Assembly (NCBI GenBank): GCA_963743915.1
Contig: CAVURN010000005.1
Span: forward strand, 480,001 to 544,000
Length of the DNA: 64,000 nt
DNA from: an uncultured Actinomycetota bacterium
GTDB lineage: Bacteria > Actinomycetota > Actinomycetes > JAHEKZ01
Reading direction: 5' to 3'
The number at the start of each line of letters is the position of its first letter. Positions within the stretch are counted from its first letter, which is position 1. The position numbers and the translations under genes are program-made. Below the pieces are notes generated by a model. It did no database searches and was not told the origin of the DNA. It saw nothing but the letters and a program-made list of their open reading frames with translations. Positions 63,202 to 64,000 of this stretch are shown here, in pieces.

Positions 63202-64000
63202 GTGACTCCTGGAGACTCCTTCACCGCTGTCCGCTGCGGCTGGTTCGCTGACGTCGTCACCGGCGAGGTCGCCCGCGACGTGACCCTCGTGCTCGACGGC
63301 GACCGCGTCGCCGACATCGTTCGTAACGGCGGGACGCCGCAAGGTCGCGTTCTCGATCTGCCCGACCACGTGGTGACCCCGGGCCTGATCGACCTGCACA
63401 CCCACCTGACCGGTGAGGAGGAGACCGGGTCGTACGGCGACATCCTGATGGAGAGCGAGGCGGATGCTGCGCTCATCGGCGTGCACAACGCACGCCGGAC
63501 CATCGACGCCGGTTTCACGACCGTTCGGGACGTCGGCGCGTTCCGCGCGTTCACCGACGTGTCGCTGCGCAAGGCGATCGACAACGGCTGGGTCGTCGGT
63601 CCGCGCATGCACTGCGCCGGCGCGTACGTCACCACGACCGACGGCGGCGGCGAGGTCACCGGCTTCTCGGCGGACGTCTGCGTGCCCGATGCACTGCGGT
63701 TCGGTGTCGCCGACTCACCGCACGAGGTGCGTCGTGCCGTGCGTCGGATCATGGCTCACGGCGCCGATCTCATCAAGGTGATCGCCACCGGTGCAGTGCT
63801 CGCGCCGGGGACGAACCCCGGTGCCCCGGAGTACACCGAGGACGAGATCCGCGCGGCGGTCGAGGAGGCGTCCAACTACGGCGCCTTCGTGGCGGCACAC
63901 GCCCACGGGGCTGAGGGGATCAAGCGCGCGACGCGCGCCGGCGTCCGGTCGATCGAGCACGGCTCGTTCGCCGACGACGAGTCGCTGGCGTTGATGGCGG
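63202..64000 (+). CDS. Amidohydrolase family protein (Xaa-Pro dipeptidase-like), partial at the right edge
   Basis: TPGLIDLHTHL, AGFTTVRDVG, GADLIKVIATG, VAAHAHG, SIEHG. Confidence 0.9.
   Translation, partial: MTPGDSFTAVRCGWFADVVTGEVARDVTLVLDGDRVADIVRNGGTPQGRVLDLPDHVVTPGLIDLHTHLTGEEETGSYGDILMESEADAALIGVHNARRTIDAGFTTVRDVGAFRAFTDVSLRKAIDNGWVVGPRMHCAGAYVTTTDGGGEVTGFSADVCVPDALRFGVADSPHEVRRAVRRIMAHGADLIKVIATGAVLAPGTNPGAPEYTEDEIRAAVEEASNYGAFVAAHAHGAEGIKRATRAGVRSIEHGSFADDESLALMA

Overview
High-GC actinobacterial chromosomal segment, densely coding, with no rRNA, tRNA, CRISPR array, integrase or transposase visible. It has four parts. (1) 1-20 kb is the conserved actinobacterial core region: MarR/MFS, thpR, DUF2530, sacsin-like GHKL ATPase, DUF3027, CspB-like protein, helicase-associated protein, XPB helicase, HD hydrolase and DUF4031. 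(2) About 20-39.5 kb is an amine-catabolism island: OYE/Fe-S flavoenzyme, ADP-forming acyl-CoA synthetase, EEP hydrolase, HisN-like phosphatase, IclR, an ATPase-less peptide ABC system, class III aminotransferase, Rieske oxygenase, PotABCD-like ABC system and a BetI-type TetR, with three copies of a 20-bp candidate operator. (3) 39.5-52.5 kb holds a DinB2-type polymerase, a DUF559-like nuclease gene bracketed by two related palindromes, groEL2 with two CIRCE boxes, a copper storage protein, an amidase bracketed by a second palindrome family, and a duplicated ECF sigma/anti-sigma module whose second copy is fused. (4) 52.5-64 kb holds acsA-pdhA-pdhB-pdhC-ACP, cspA, a SAM-I riboswitch upstream of thrC-like/moaD-like genes, and gpgS plus a HAD phosphatase. 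About 25 apparent single-base indels break otherwise intact genes and are most likely long-read consensus errors, so the gene fusions reported here need read-level confirmation. All calls come from motif recognition by eye; no searches were run.
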